From: Azolla caroliniana
Lineage: Eukaryota; Plantae; Polypodiophyta
Assembly: GCA_043228905.1 (NCBI GenBank)
Contig: JBHGNT010000010.1
Span: forward strand, 3,038,001-3,102,000
Reading direction: 5' to 3'
DNA: 64,000 nucleotides
Part shown: in pieces, positions 46,401 to 59,469 of the stretch
How the letters are laid out: each line of letters opens with the position of its first letter
Numbering within the stretch: the stretch's first letter is position 1
Position numbers and translations under genes: made by a program
Notes under the pieces: generated by a model
The model's input: the letters and a program-made list of their open reading frames with translations, nothing else
Databases searched by the model: none
Told to the model about the DNA's origin: nothing

Positions 46401-48904
46401 TCTACGAGGAGCAGTCCCGACCGGTAAGGGACCGGTTAGCACTCGAGGATCCGGCCGAAGACGGTGAAGAAACAGAACCGGCCGAAGAAGATGAAAACGA
46501 TACCGGAACCGGCCCCGATCCGGAAATGGATTCGGATGAAGAAGAAGAATCGGAAGAACCGGTTACCGAAGCTCCCGAACGGAGATATCCTCTAAGAGAG
46601 AGAAGGGCCCCCCGGAGATTTCCGGAACCAGAGCACGTGCTGCTAACCGACGAGGGGGAGCCGGAGAGCTTTGAAGAAGCAAAGCATGACACCCAGAGCC
46701 GCAGGTGGTTGAGTGCCATGCAGGACGAGATGGATTCCCTGCATGAGAACCACACATTTGAACTTGTGGAGTTGCCGAAAGGAAAGCGGGCACTTCGAAA
46801 CAAGTGGGTGTTCAAGCTGAAACCGGGAGATGCCGGAAACCCCCCGAGATACAAAGCCAGGATCGTGGTGAAGGGGTTTCAGCAAAAGAAGGGCGTCGAC
46901 TTCGACGAGATATTTGCCCCGGTAGTGAAGATGACCTCCATCCGGACGGTGCTGAGCATAGCGGCAAGCATGGACCTCGAGGTAGAACAGATGGACGTGA
47001 AGACGGCATTCCTTCACGGTGACCTCGAAGAAGAGATCTACATGCAGCAACCGGAAGGATTCGAGAAGGAAGGGAAGGAGCACCTGGTATGCCGGTTGAA
47101 GAAGAGCCTTTACGGACTGAAGCAGGCTCCCCGGCAATGGTACCGGAAGTTCGACTCCTTCATGACCGACGAAGGGTACCTCAAAACGCAGTCCGACCAC
47201 TGCGTGTTTGTGAAGAAGTTCGAAGGAGGAGACTCTCTAATACTCCTCCTGTACGTGGACGACATGTTGATCGTCGGACGGGACCAGGTCAAGATACGGA
47301 TGCTGAAGAAGGCTCTTCACCGAACCTTCTCAATGAAGGACCTGGGTCCGGCGAGGCAAATATTAGGGATGCACATCATCCGGGACCGGAAGAAGAAGCA
47401 GTTGTGGCTGTCACAGGAGAAGTACGTGACGAAGGTGCTTCACCGGTTCAACATGTCGGAGGCAAGACCGGTCGGATCGACCCTCCCGGCAAACTGCAAG
47501 CTGTCCAGCAAGCAAAGCCCCAAGACAAAGGCTGAAAAGGAGGATATGATGAAAGTGCCGTATGCCTCAGCCGTCGGGAGCTTGATGTATGCCATGGTGT
47601 GTACGAGACCGGACATCGGATATGCAGTCGGAGTGGTGAGCCGGTACATGAGCAATCCCGGCAAAGAGCATTGGAACGCGGCCAAGTGGATACTCCGATA
47701 CCTGAAGGGCACGGCAAACGTGTGCCTCCGATTCGGCTCCGGTAAGCCCGAACTCGACGGCTTCACCGATTCGGATATGTCGGCTGATGCAGATACCAGC
47801 CGGTCCACATCAGGGTATGTGATGACGTATGCAGGGGGAGCCGTTTCGTGGCAGTCGAGGCTGCAGAAGACGGTTGCGTTGTCAACCACGGAGGCGGAGT
47901 ACATGGCGGCTGTTGAAGCCGGCAAGGAAATAATATGGATGAAGGACTTCATTAGAGAGCTCGGTATCCGGCAGGAGGAGTACCGACTCTACTGCGACAG
48001 TCAGAGTGCCATCCACCTTGCGAAGAATGCGGCCTATCACTCCCGGACGAAGCACATCCAGCGTAGATACCACTGGATCCGGGAAAGGATAGAAGACAAG
48101 GAGTTCATGCTGACGAAGATCCACACGGACGAGAACGGGTCGGATATGTTGACCAAGGTACTCACACCCGACAAGCTGGAAGCATGCCGAAGAAGGATCG
48201 GACTGGAAAGACATCCCATGCCGAAGTGAAGGGGGAGTTTGTTGGGATTACGGTCCCTCCGGATGGGATGGTCGGATATCCGGGAATCGGATGATGAATA
48301 CCCCGGCTACGGAGCCGGATGATGAAGACCCCGGTTACGGAACCGGATGTTGAAGACCCTGGTTACGGAACCGGATGATGAAGACCCCGGTTACGGAACC
48401 GGATGCTGAAGACCCCGACTACGGAGCCGGATGACGAATGTACCCGGAGAGAGATCCGGATGCGGGGACATATTTGTGAATATGTTTGCCAAGGGCCCTT
48501 GAGGCTATATTTGTAAATAGCCCGAAAGTCATATGTGTATAAATATGACTTAGGGCAAATAGTTTTGTTGTTGCTCATTCGTATGCGAAGTGAGAGCAGC
48601 CGAGAGAGAGAGAGAGATAGAGCGCGAGAGAGACGAAGAGGTAGACGCCTCTGTGTATTTCCGCCGCCTGTGGCGAGGACAGCGAGCTCAAGGTCGTTGC
48701 CTTGCAGCTCGCCATTGTATATTTCTCTGTGCATAGTTTGGTTTGGAGTCTCGCACTCCCGTGGTTTTTTCCCGTATAGGGTTTTCCACGTTAATCCCTG
48801 TGTATCGCGTCTTTCTCTGTATTTCCTATTTTCTGCTGCATTGATCCGCGATTAATCGGTTGTGGCCGAGCGGTGAAGGTGAATCCAAGCGTTGATTCCC
48901 AACA
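43458..48904 (+). mobile_element. Intact, young Ty1/copia element (family D), 665-bp LTRs 43458-44122 and 48240-48904
   Basis: Perfect TSD GGTGG; tRNA-iMet PBS 44126-44137; PPT 48228-48237; only 3 transitions seen between the LTRs; 28-bp U3 tandem repeat. Confidence 0.98.
44153..48229 (+). CDS. gag-pol: Ty1/copia Gag-Pol polyprotein (1358 aa; Gag, CCHC, protease, integrase, RT, RNase H)
   Basis: Uninterrupted ORF: CFHCGKPGHFRKNC, WVVDSGAS, LWHKRLCH, HTDV/ADNGGE/NGLAE, LYVDDM, GFTDSD..TEAEY..CDSQSA. Confidence 0.97.
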   Translation: MEGGGSGQPMMMVLNAQNYADWKIKMEDLLIVRDLYEPIDRSEIPKGVLESEWKLLNRKAVATIRQYVDVSVLQHVANDTNAYEMWKKLSGLYERKNALNRTSLMRKIVNLKYRDGESMVEHVSTFMGFVNQLAAIKFPLEDAMQAIILMCTLPESWENLVVTLNTSCTEDNLSLQTVKTSILNEEARRRDKEPASDPKMLFTESDRGRQWNRSPQRREKSGTRSQSRGRPTCFHCGKPGHFRKNCRHYRKDNGTDNTDSKKSPERNGAYRGATDRNGSDRRGQDRKGTTALAASEEEIMLITEEGELNIAGDETTWVVDSGASFHLTPERRYFSSYTAGEHGCVRMGNEGTCRIAGIGDVWLTTPTGCKMLLKDVRHVPEVRLNLISAGRLDDEGYTGSIRNGVMKFSKGSLIVARARKINTLYLMNARLCPEELNVAADTAGELWHKRLCHMSEKGMKRLAEDNLIPVKHVHLEKCTDCLAGKQNRTSFHSRPPTRRSAPLELVHTDVCQVETKSHGGAQYFVTFIDDHSRRLWTAPMKTKDQVLCVFKELHARVERESGKKLKAIRADNGGEYRGQFQEYCRSKGIRLEFTVPKTPELNGLAERMNRTIMERVRSMLAHAKLPKGFWAEAMSTATYVINRSPSVPLDGDTPQKVWTGKEVSYRHLKVFGCLAYVHVAKDRRGKLDPKTRPCIFLGYGDDEFGYRVWDPVDKKIFRSRDIIFMEDKTLADWESEKKVKSSKSTGEDQLYEEQSRPVRDRLALEDPAEDGEETEPAEEDENDTGTGPDPEMDSDEEEESEEPVTEAPERRYPLRERRAPRRFPEPEHVLLTDEGEPESFEEAKHDTQSRRWLSAMQDEMDSLHENHTFELVELPKGKRALRNKWVFKLKPGDAGNPPRYKARIVVKGFQQKKGVDFDEIFAPVVKMTSIRTVLSIAASMDLEVEQMDVKTAFLHGDLEEEIYMQQPEGFEKEGKEHLVCRLKKSLYGLKQAPRQWYRKFDSFMTDEGYLKTQSDHCVFVKKFEGGDSLILLLYVDDMLIVGRDQVKIRMLKKALHRTFSMKDLGPARQILGMHIIRDRKKKQLWLSQEKYVTKVLHRFNMSEARPVGSTLPANCKLSSKQSPKTKAEKEDMMKVPYASAVGSLMYAMVCTRPDIGYAVGVVSRYMSNPGKEHWNAAKWILRYLKGTANVCLRFGSGKPELDGFTDSDMSADADTSRSTSGYVMTYAGGAVSWQSRLQKTVALSTTEAEYMAAVEAGKEIIWMKDFIRELGIRQEEYRLYCDSQSAIHLAKNAAYHSRTKHIQRRYHWIRERIEDKEFMLTKIHTDENGSDMLTKVLTPDKLEACRRRIGLERHPMPK

Positions 48905-51011
48905 GGTGGCAATAGTTCAAGAAACGGAAAGTGTTCCCGAAGCATCCAAGGATCCACGATGGGTCGAAGTAATGAATGAAGAGATGCAGGCACTCTGCAA
49001 GAACGAGACATGAGATCTCGTCCCCCACTCACCCCACAAGAAGGCAATCGGCTACAAATGGATTTACAAAGTGAAGTATAATGCCGACGACTCTGTAAAC
49101 CACTACAAAGGTCAACTTGTAGCAAAATGATATGCACAAACACATGGAGTCCTCTATGAAGAGACATTTGCCCAGGTGGCAAAGATGATGATTATGCGGA
49201 CTGTGTTTGCACTTGTTGTGGCAAAAGGGTGGCACCTCCACCAGATGGATTTCAAGAACACCTTTCTTCAAGGCAAATTAGAAGAGGAGGTGTACATGGT
49301 ACGACCACCCGGCTTTGAATCCAACACTCATCTGAAAACCATATGCCGACTCAAGAAGCTTCTCTACGACCTTCAACAAGCACCACGTGCTTGTCATTCG
49401 AAGATAATACAACATCTTCATTGAATTGGCTTCCCAATGTCGAAATCCGGCAACTCCCTCTACATAAGAAGCGATTCAAGAAGTCTGATTGTTATCATTC
49501 TATATCATTGTGGATGATTTGGTCATTGGAGGTGAAAATCTAGTCAACATCAACAAGGTCAAGTCCCTCCTTTCTAGCAAATTCGACATGAAAGACATGA
49601 AGGAGCTCCATTACTTCCTTGGCATCGAGGTAATTCGGACTCCAGCCGGCATTATGATCTCCCAACGACACTACATCCTTAACGTGTTATATAAGTTCGG
49701 GATGACTAAGTGTAAATTGGTTGCAACCCCTCACGATCGAAATCTCAAACTTGATGCCGACTCTGGCATAGAAGAGTGTGAGCCGACTCAGTATCGACAA
49801 CTGATCGGGCGCCTCATCTATCTCACGATCACTCGACCCGACCTTAGTTACTCGGTCGTTCTCCTTGGCCAATTCATGCAAAAATCACGAGACATTCACT
49901 TGGATTGCACTAAGCGAGTATTACGATACATGAGCGGCACAATGGATTGTGGTATTCTCAACGAATCGGCCACACCAATTCGACTTGAAGGGTACACAAA
50001 TGTCGACTGGGCAGCTACAAAGTTGATCGACGATCGACCTCCGTATTTGTTTTCTCCCTCGACAATGGAGCGATTCCGTGGAGTAGCAAGAAGCAGCTAA
50101 ATGTTGCACTTTCACGCACAAAGGCCGAATAGAGGGGTGCAACCATGGCTGCATGTGAAGCCGTCTGGCTCAAGAGGATTTTTAAAGGATGTGGGCGTTC
50201 CCATCAAGGATTCGACTCCCCTCTACTGCGACAACATGAGCGGTATTTATCTGGCTAGGAACTCGGTGTTCCACGCACACATGACGCATATTGAAGTGCA
50301 CTATCACTTCATTCGAGAGCGCGTTCAGGCAGGAGATGTCGACCTTCAACACATCAGCATGCATCTTTAGACGGTCGACATCTTCACCAAAGCCTTAGGC
50401 CCAGCCGACAAGCTTCGAGAATTCATGTCAAACCTTGGATTGACGATCCCTGACTTACCAATCTTGAGGGGGAGTACAAGAGAGAACTAGATATTGTCCA
50501 AACCGGATAATAGCCGAAGCGGACATCAACCTAAAGGGACCAAGTTGAGCTTAAGGGGGTGTGTTGAGAATCAATCGCAACTTAGCCTTGTTTGTGAACA
50601 CACCCTTTGAGAATGTATGAGCACTCAAAGGTCAAAAGTCACACCACCACTCTCTACACATTAACTATGTGTCATAGAATCATATTATATGCCACATAAC
50701 GAATGAGTTTCATATTCCCCATGACTAATGAGTCTCCACATTCCCCAAGAGAGAGTGGTTGTTGTAGTGAGTTAATGAAGAGAGAGGGTGACCTTATATA
50801 AAGCACCCTCCTCCTACTTCATAGAGTGTTTGTTGTCCTCCCTTGTAATGCTACATTTTTGTATCTCATATTCCTTATTAATATACATCTTCTTCTTGAG
50901 TATTCTATTTTTCAATCTATCTAATCTAACTTGTGTTTCTCTCCTCTCCTCTCTCTTACACACATAACACACATCTCTTCCGCTGCCCAGAATCATATCC
51001 GATTCTTTACA

Positions 51012-52812
51012 TTATGTTTGTCATCTTAATCATTCACATCTAGATGTTGCCATGTGTAGGGGTTTTAAACCTATGTTTGAAGCAATTCAATTATCTTTAG
51101 GGAATTTTCTCTTTAATTGGCCACCTTCTTTTGTGCATGTTTGGTTTGGATATTTTACTCCGATTGATGTTATGATAGGAGCAAAAGGAACAACGTCTCA
51201 AGGAGACTGTTACTATTTTGATGTATCTGAGGAAGGAAGATTATGGCAAACTGACGTGGAATCGTCAATTTGGCAAATGGCATTGCAACATCCGGTGAGA
51301 GTGATTGGTAAATATGGTAAAAGTGGATTTTAGATCCTTCTCCTTTTGATAGTATGTTATTTTCCCAACTATGGGTTTTTTTTTAAAAGTCGTTGTTGGA
51401 CTTGCATTGGGATCCATCAAATTATCTTTGGAAACATACAAATCCTTCGTCTCATACTAAATTTTTTCAATTTTTTCAATATTCTGTGAAGTTGGGACGA
51501 CAATTGCTCTTAAGTAGGAAATTGCACCCGCCATCCACTATGAGAGTGTGGTTGGCGAATGGGGCCTCTTTAATGGATGCATCTAAATATTGGAAGTGGT
51601 TATGGAGTATGTAGATTCCCAGGAAGATTGTCCTTTTTCGTTGGTTATTGATACATTACGCACTACCGATTCATGCTTGGTTACGGCATAGTACATAAAA
51701 TTTGTATTCGTCTAGTATAACATTCATTTTCCTACATTGGAAAACGAATGCGAATGTTATTGAAACATTCCTGTGTTTTTTTCCCCTTTTTTTAAGTTTT
51801 GTTTTTTGTTTTTTCCCATTTTTTAGGTTTATTTACCTCATAATAAATAGTTAATCCAAAAGTATGGTATTTACCGTTCTTCGAGGGTGTTTACCATACT
51901 CAAATGATTGAAACATTTGCAATGCAAATGCACATATGGTGTGTATGGTTCATCATATGGTAACGACAATTAAATAGTAAGTTGTGTGGATTTGGGTGTG
52001 GATGTATGATGGAATCAATTAAGCATGTATTGTGGTCTTGTCCTAAAATTATGCAAGTTTGTCAAAGAGTATTAAGGTTGTTGATATTGATACATGCTAA
52101 TTGTGTGATCACTTGGGGTGCGGTTAGGTGGGGCATTCTAGAGGGACAATTGTTGTTATATGAAAAGGAGGATATAGTGGAAGCCTTTCACATAGTTCCT
52201 CCTCATATACAAATGGTTCAACCTTTTATAAGTGATAGTTTGCAATTTAGGGATGATATTATTTGGAAGACAATTTCATCTATTCTGATGTGGGTAATTT
52301 GGAAGGCAAGATGCACATCAGCATTTGACAACGCCACTCAGGATGTTTCTATTATAATTGCTTAATTCTTATTGTTACTTATTCATACATTATGTGGTCA
52401 GTATGAAAGTTTTACAAGCAATGTTGATGCCATTTTCAAGAAGCAAATGCATTTGAAAAGGTTATGGGATTCAATGCTTATTTTTAGGGAACATGGAGGT
52501 CACATAATATAGATGTATAGTGTTCCTGTCATTTTGGGAAACAATGTCTACTAACTTTGTTTATGGACACTCTGTTGCTACAAATCTGGGTGGTATAGGT
52601 TACATTGCATGCTTGGTTGCAGTCTGGGAGGAGTCGACCATAAAAATCTTGGAGATATGGTGCACAAATAAGTGTAGTTCTTGTCTATACACATCAAATC
52701 GGCTATGATGTGAGCACAATGGAGTCGGTTCGTATACTCCTTTATCCAACACAACTTTTGTATTTTTTGTGATTTTATAATACCAAGGCGTATATCTTTT
52801 CAAAAAAGAAAA
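51012..52812 (+). mobile_element. Decayed L1 ORF2 3' end (zf-RVT) plus 3' UTR, same family as 20204-21541
   Basis: Near-identical peptide ESIKHVLWSCPK...WVIWKARC; A-rich end near 52802-52812. Confidence 0.85.
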
Positions 52813-53203
52813 TGCTTTCAATAGTGCATTATTAAGGAAAGTTGAGATATAAATGATCTTCCAAGTAAACCCAAAACTAACTTTCCAATGATTATGATAA
52901 GTTAGTGTTTGATTACCTAGTAGATGTTGGGGTCTATGGTACAACTAGAGTATGGAAAACGGGTTTTTATTTTATTGTCTTCATAAGCACCACAAGAGGG
53001 ATGTAGGCTTAAGGGGAAATCGAATTTGGTTACATAATTTAGGTAATTTAGGTTGACCAACATCTTGTCACCTTTACCTGAACTACTCTTACAACACCTT
53101 AGAATATTTTCCTTTCCATAAGATCCTCAATATCATATAGATTGAGAGGGTTTATGATATTGTCATATTGCTTTAATATTTACATTAGTTTTATTGGAAA
53201 ACA

Positions 53204-53264
<61 letters not shown>

Positions 53265-53452
53265 CGCACATGTGAGAGAGAGAAGGGGAGATTAAGGTGT
53301 GTTACATGTACACATCTATAAGAGAGGGAGTGACTGAGATTGTAAATGTGATAGTGAGTGAGAGAGAGTGAGAGAAAGTGAGAGACAATGAATGAAAGTT
53401 CGAGAGGGCATGAAAGAGACAAACCATATGAGAGTGAGTGAAAGTAAAAGCG

Positions 53453-53505
<53 letters not shown>
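53204..53505. repeat. Compound microsatellite cluster (TG)n(CG)n ... (CG)n(AG)n
   Basis: Direct reading. Confidence 0.9.
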
Positions 53506-53507
<2 letters not shown>

Positions 53508-56500
53508 CATGAGTCGCATAGGAGTGGCTATACTTTCATTTCAATGTTTCCAATAAGATGTCAATGAAGGAGCCTTTGGCCATTATGGTCATTATAAAGT
53601 TACCTCGCATTGTTGGGAAAAGGACATGGATCGATACTAAGAGGCAAAAAAAAATTTAACTCTTTCAATAATATGAAAATTGGGAAGAGATGTCATTCTT
53701 GTTATTGGATGATGTTTTTTACTTGAAACCATAAGCCGGTTAGGTTTTTCATGCTCATCCAATGGAGCAACACAAAAATTATAAAAGAAAAGATTCCAAG
53801 ATGATGAGATCATGAAGTGGGGAGAGAAGAAGAACTTCACAAGTTTGTACATCTACTTTACTTTGTTCAGGTTTTTACAATTTTTGCATGTGTAACTTCA
53901 TTAGCTAAAAGACATTGAGCCGTTCTAGGTTAGCCTTTTTCTTTTTAGATATAAAGCAAATGCCATTTTCAAGTATTGAATGTGTAGAAAGAATTGAGAA
54001 CTTAATTTGCGTTAGAGAAATTGGTGCTTGCTTCAAAAGACTTCTTCTTCTTTTTTCCAAAAAAATTGCTTCAAAAGACTTGTTGTAGGAGACCCTAAAA
54101 AAGAAACAATAGTTGCCTCACTATAGGCGTGCCCCAACAAATGTTATGCCAAACTTATCGGTATTCTAATCCTTTATTTTGGATGGTGCTTTTCACAAGC
54201 CAACTAAGAGTTTAGTAATACAACAAATACTGAGCCATTTATGGAGATTCTAAAAAACAATGTACGAAAGAGTGCATTTTCATATCATCGTGCAACAAAT
54301 GCTAATCCATTTTCATGGATTGTTGCAATAAAACTTCAAAAATATTTCTACGACTCTTATAAAGGTAACCATAATAATGTAAACAAATGCAATAACTAAG
54401 CAATGCATATGAACAAGTTGTTTAATTTACAGTCTACTTACTAGTGGCCACACTATAACTACAAATTTAATAAATTAACACTTTCTTTAAGTGTAACGTA
54501 CAAGCACATTTCACACACCCCAAAAGATGACATGATTGCACTAGAATTTCTATATGTCCTAGATATATAATGTGCATGAGGAGATGCATGCATATCGATG
54601 TATACCCTATTATATGGGAAAGGTTTTTCACATGCATTGAAGTTGGAACTAGCATAGCTTGAATCTTGTTTGGTTCCCTCTAATGGGTATGAGATTATTG
54701 GCGTAAAGTATCAATCTATGAATAACTAAATATTGCAGTCAAATTTTCTCAAGGAAGTTAAGATGTTTTGTTAATGGAGTTTGCAAGCCTTGCAAGCAAT
54801 ACAATAGGTCAATCAACTTGTTGCTCACCTCAAGCTCAGTTTTCATTAAAGAAGTTGCTTACCATTCTATTAGTGAATGAAAACTTTGAAACCACGATTA
54901 AGCAATATTTACATGCCTTGAAGTGCTTGACATTGGGAGACACATGGCATTGGAAACATCTGCATGTTTGGATTATTGCAATATAGTAAATTATTCCCTT
55001 TGTTTGTTTTCTTCCTATGGTATTGGAAATATCTCGTGAGTTTTTTTTTTCCAACTTGTTTCGATTTCATTGTCACTATCCCAATGTGAATAGCTCTCAT
55101 GATCATTTGCATTTCGGATCAATATTCACAAAGTATGCATATTGATGATTTTGAAATGACTAAAGTGGCATCATTTTCGTAGCACATTTGACAGAAATGT
55201 CCTCCATTTATCATATTCATCAGGTGTTTCGATCATGAACTACAATCAAATATTGTTGGTGCTCTCTTATCTATTCCATCCAATTCTCATTTGTCATATC
55301 ACGAATATGTCTTTCTATAAATAGATCATTATAATTTTCATTCCTCTATGTTTAGATTTACGAAAATAATAATATTACTTTTCATAGTACCCCGTCAGGA
55401 TATCCGAAACTTCTAAAAATACATGAAACTTGTTACCAACATGGATTATGAAGTTCAAAAGAGTAATGTCAACTAGTGATTTGACAACATGCCTAAACTT
55501 ATGCTTATACTTGGTGGATAATGTCTATTTCTCAAAATTGGATTGTGAAAATCACAAGAACTATGTAAGACATTTTGATGAATCCAACTTCTCTTTGTAT
55601 AATAATCAAATCTACAATGCCTTGGTTGAGAAGAGATTGTCAATTTCTCAAATTTGGATTATGGAAACTCACCAAAACTATGCAAGTCATTTTGATGGAT
55701 CCAACTTCTCAAATCTACAATATCTTGATTGAGCACAAGTTGTGGAAACTTATGGGAGGAAGAAAATATTCCAACATCAGAGACAACAGCTGGTCCAAAG
55801 TGGAATTATGCCATACCTTGTGGATAGTAAGTATTGTTCTACTTGTTCATATATGACATCATCTGTATCATCATATGTACTAGCTTTTGTATCTTACAAA
55901 AAGAAGTGAGATGAAATGTCTCCTTCTGTTTTTCTTATGTAGACTTTTCAAGTAATATACTAAGGTGTATCTTCCTTAAAAAAATTAAATTTAAAAAAAA
56001 AAATCCAACATGGATGATGATGATGATGATGTCAACAATATGCCTACACTTAGTGTAAAGTCCCTACTTGCAAATTTGAATTCTAGGAGACATCAATTTG
56101 AAAATTGTTACCTATGGGCTAAATGGATACTTGTTCTTGTATTGATTATTTATTATATGTTCTTCGTACAAGGTCTTGGGTTTAAACCTCTCTAGACTCT
56201 CTCTTACATTTTGCCAAATTCTTCATCTTGAGTATTTTCTATCTTATCCAGCTCCTAATCCAAAACCTTGAAGTATATCCATTGCACTCATGCAAAGGTC
56301 TACTAGATGCACTTTCACACGACAACATTCACAATCTCCATCCACAATGTCATCGTGAATACCTCGGATAACACTTCAGCCCAACGTGAAACTGAGGGGC
56401 AAAATACTTTTTTATCAAACTTGGAAGAAGAGGACAAGTGTTTGTGGCAATGAATCCTTCGCCACAAACTTTAACAACATCAATGCCATTGATGAGACCC

Positions 56501-57536
56501 ATCAACACTTCATGCTACATAAAGTTCTACAAATATTGGCAAACTAAGGTGATCCTTCAACAATTGGTACACACGACATCAACACAGATGGAAGTAGGAG
56601 GCATCAGAGGTAGTACTCCCAACCACTTACTAGAGAACAACAAGAAGGTCAGTCATCTAGTAGCCAATTTTAAAGGTCATAGTAGTTTGGCCAAAAAACT
56701 TATTTTGGAACATTATAGAACCATTAACTAGTAGCAAAGCAATTGTTCCACAAGTCTACCATCTTTAGCTATTAGTGGCCTCGTTGAACAATATATCTTA
56801 TAGCTTTATGGTAAGAATGGGAAAATGGAAAGAAAGGGGGATTGTTGATATTAGTAGAATTAGCCTCAAACATCAAGAATCAATATTATAATATATATAT
56901 TTGTCTTAAGGATCCTTCATGAGCCACTCAAGAAGTAAAAAGAATGAAGGTACATGTAAGACTATGAAGGCACAATCCCCCATCCATCATCTCTTACTAG
57001 GAAAACATTATGTAAAGAATCATTGAAGAGAGGGAGAATAGTACCCTTCCTCCACCATCATTTTGTTTTAATAAAGTGATTAAGTGTATAAGTAATCTTT
57101 CATTACATTACAAGTTACAACCATGCTAGTTTATTGTGGTGAGGTTTGGTTAGAGGTTTGCACCTAGTGTAGGCTCTTGCAATTGAGTGTTGACCGGTGA
57201 TGCATGACATTTTTCTTGCATGGGTGGGGATTACTACTTTGGTTAAAAAGTCTCTACGTGAAAATAATGCACACATATATGTACCCACCCTTCTTGGTGG
57301 AGAGTTTATTATGAGGCTTAAATTTGCATGCCCTTCTAACAAGGTATAATACTTCTTGCAAATACATTATATCTCAAACTTGTGAGACGTAAGTGATATT
57401 CATCCTCCACTATATTTCCTTTGTATAGCTCGCATAGCTTCATACTTGGGTGATGATGCTATGTTGCTCCCTCAATGAAGTGTGAGGGCTCTCTGAGGTC
57501 AAGGTTCATGGGAGGTAATAAAATGCAATTGGATGC

Positions 57537-59469
57537 TAAAAAGGGGAGATAGAAAGTAGATGCCTATTGATGACTGTCATAGCCTCTGGAGCATCATCTA
57601 CCTCATACAACAAGAGACTGGAATGGAGAACCTCCCATACTACTCATCCCCAGGAGAAGAGGCAATCTGCATTAATTGTCAGGAATAAAGAAAGAACTTT
57701 ATTCCATACCTGTTGACCTAGTTAGCAGGACCAAAGAGCATGCTTGGTAGTTTCCTACATGTCACCCACAATAACAACATTGTCTAAGAATGGTTGCCAC
57801 ATCTCCTTTCAATGACTGACCTATTGCTAGTGTTGCATGTAGTAAAAGCCATCTGAAGAGAATATATTTGGTTGGTCGCCTGAAAGACCAAATCCATTTC
57901 CAATAAGCCTTCAAATGAATGCTTGAAACACCCCACTTATTCTTGTGCTTTTGAGTTGCAAGAGCTGGAATATTCTAAGACATGAGTAAGGTTCTTCCAA
58001 ATTTCACAATGTACTAAAAGAATGGAACTTTCTACAATGGATCCATCATGGGACTGGTCCAGAACCATCCCCTTGGGTCCCACATTAGCCTACTAATTGG
58101 CTATCATGCATATAACCATAGCATATCCCACAAATGAGCTACTTACAATTGTGGATCCAGTGGCCATTTCTTAGCAGATTTGGCAATCACCCTAACTAGA
58201 ACAATGAGCAGGTTTTGTAGTAAAATATCTGAGGGTGTACAAGGCTGCAATTTATTGTCCTATAGAATATGGAAATAAAAAATACATTCGTCTACAAAAA
58301 TGCCTTTAACAAAAAACATCATGTCATTCGTATGACAACCAAGCCACATATGCTCTTGCATTGTTTGATGTCGCATCGAGGCCTACGAGAAAGCCGTTGA
58401 AATATCTATTGTCATTGTCTTCGCCCCATATGCCGAGTGTAACTACTTAAGTTGATCCACTTCTAGCATTTATTGAAAATGAATTCAGGATCTCATTGAT
58501 GTTGGTTGCCCATTATCAAGTTTCCCCCATGCAAGACGAGTTCTAAGGCCCAATACATTTCCAACAAAATCTCGGATGAGAGAATTAGCCAAAAGTGGTT
58601 GATTCATCCAACCATCCCACGTGTCAAGCATTTGTTTGTGTAAGAAAATCTTGATTACATCCCATGCTTTGACGATTCCCAGGATAAATCTATTGGATGT
58701 CAGATTCTGTGTTAGTGTTTGTACATATGTCAAGAACATCAGCATTTCAAAGATGGCAACTAGTTTCCTCTGCATCAGCTGATTAAGCAACATACACTTC
58801 CAGGCCTATGTCCCTAGCAATAGTCCTCTAACTACAATCTTTGTTAGGAGAGCTCGAGATTGTATCAAGGGATCTATTAAAGTCAGCCCTCCCTAGCTTT
58901 GGGCCTAATCAAAACATCTCATGCCACATTGGTCACTGCACGAGAACCATTTTTTCCACCCTAGAGGAAATTACGTATGAGTCTTTGAACTTTCATGATT
59001 CCCGACCTAGAGAACAACCAAACATATGCGATAAACCACATTGAGGCCAACAACACCGAATTTGCAATCACAACCCAACTTGCAAAGGATAGGTGTTGAG
59101 AGTCTTATGGTTACATTATGGATCTTATGGAAGTATCGTTGTAAAAGACGATGTGATTCCATAATTCCTCTTCTCTCAGATATATTGCCGGAATTATGGG
59201 AGAGCTTATTGACGGTAGTGGGTGGGCAATATGACAATATGTCGGGCTCTTCAGATGTTGTTCTTAAGAAAAGGAAAAATTAATTGCAGTTATGGAGGAA
59301 GCTACCTCAGTTCACAGATTCCTCTCAAGGACCGATCTGGAAATATCATCACCCTTGGTCCTCGCATTGACCATCTCTTTTGTATATAACACTCTCTAAG
59401 TACATTTTGTAGCCTTCCAATGCTTTTCTTAATACTAATGAAGGAAATCTTTTGGGAAAAAAGAAGAAG
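57537..59469. mobile_element. L1-type LINE with 5' inversion (57537-~59057 minus; ~59058-59469 plus) and 14-bp TSD
   Basis: Minus arm VLLASMWF..QRLIRNFL*GG..VA*DVLIRPK..LIDP; plus arm TLWILWKYRC and A-rich tail; TSD ATGCAATTGGATGC at 57523-57536 and 59470-59483. Confidence 0.8.

Noticed and set aside
53520-57500. Short ORFs and a ~115-bp tandem duplication (55528-55733) in AT-rich DNA
   Set aside because: No recognisable domains or consistent exon structure; small host exons cannot be excluded without RNA-seq.
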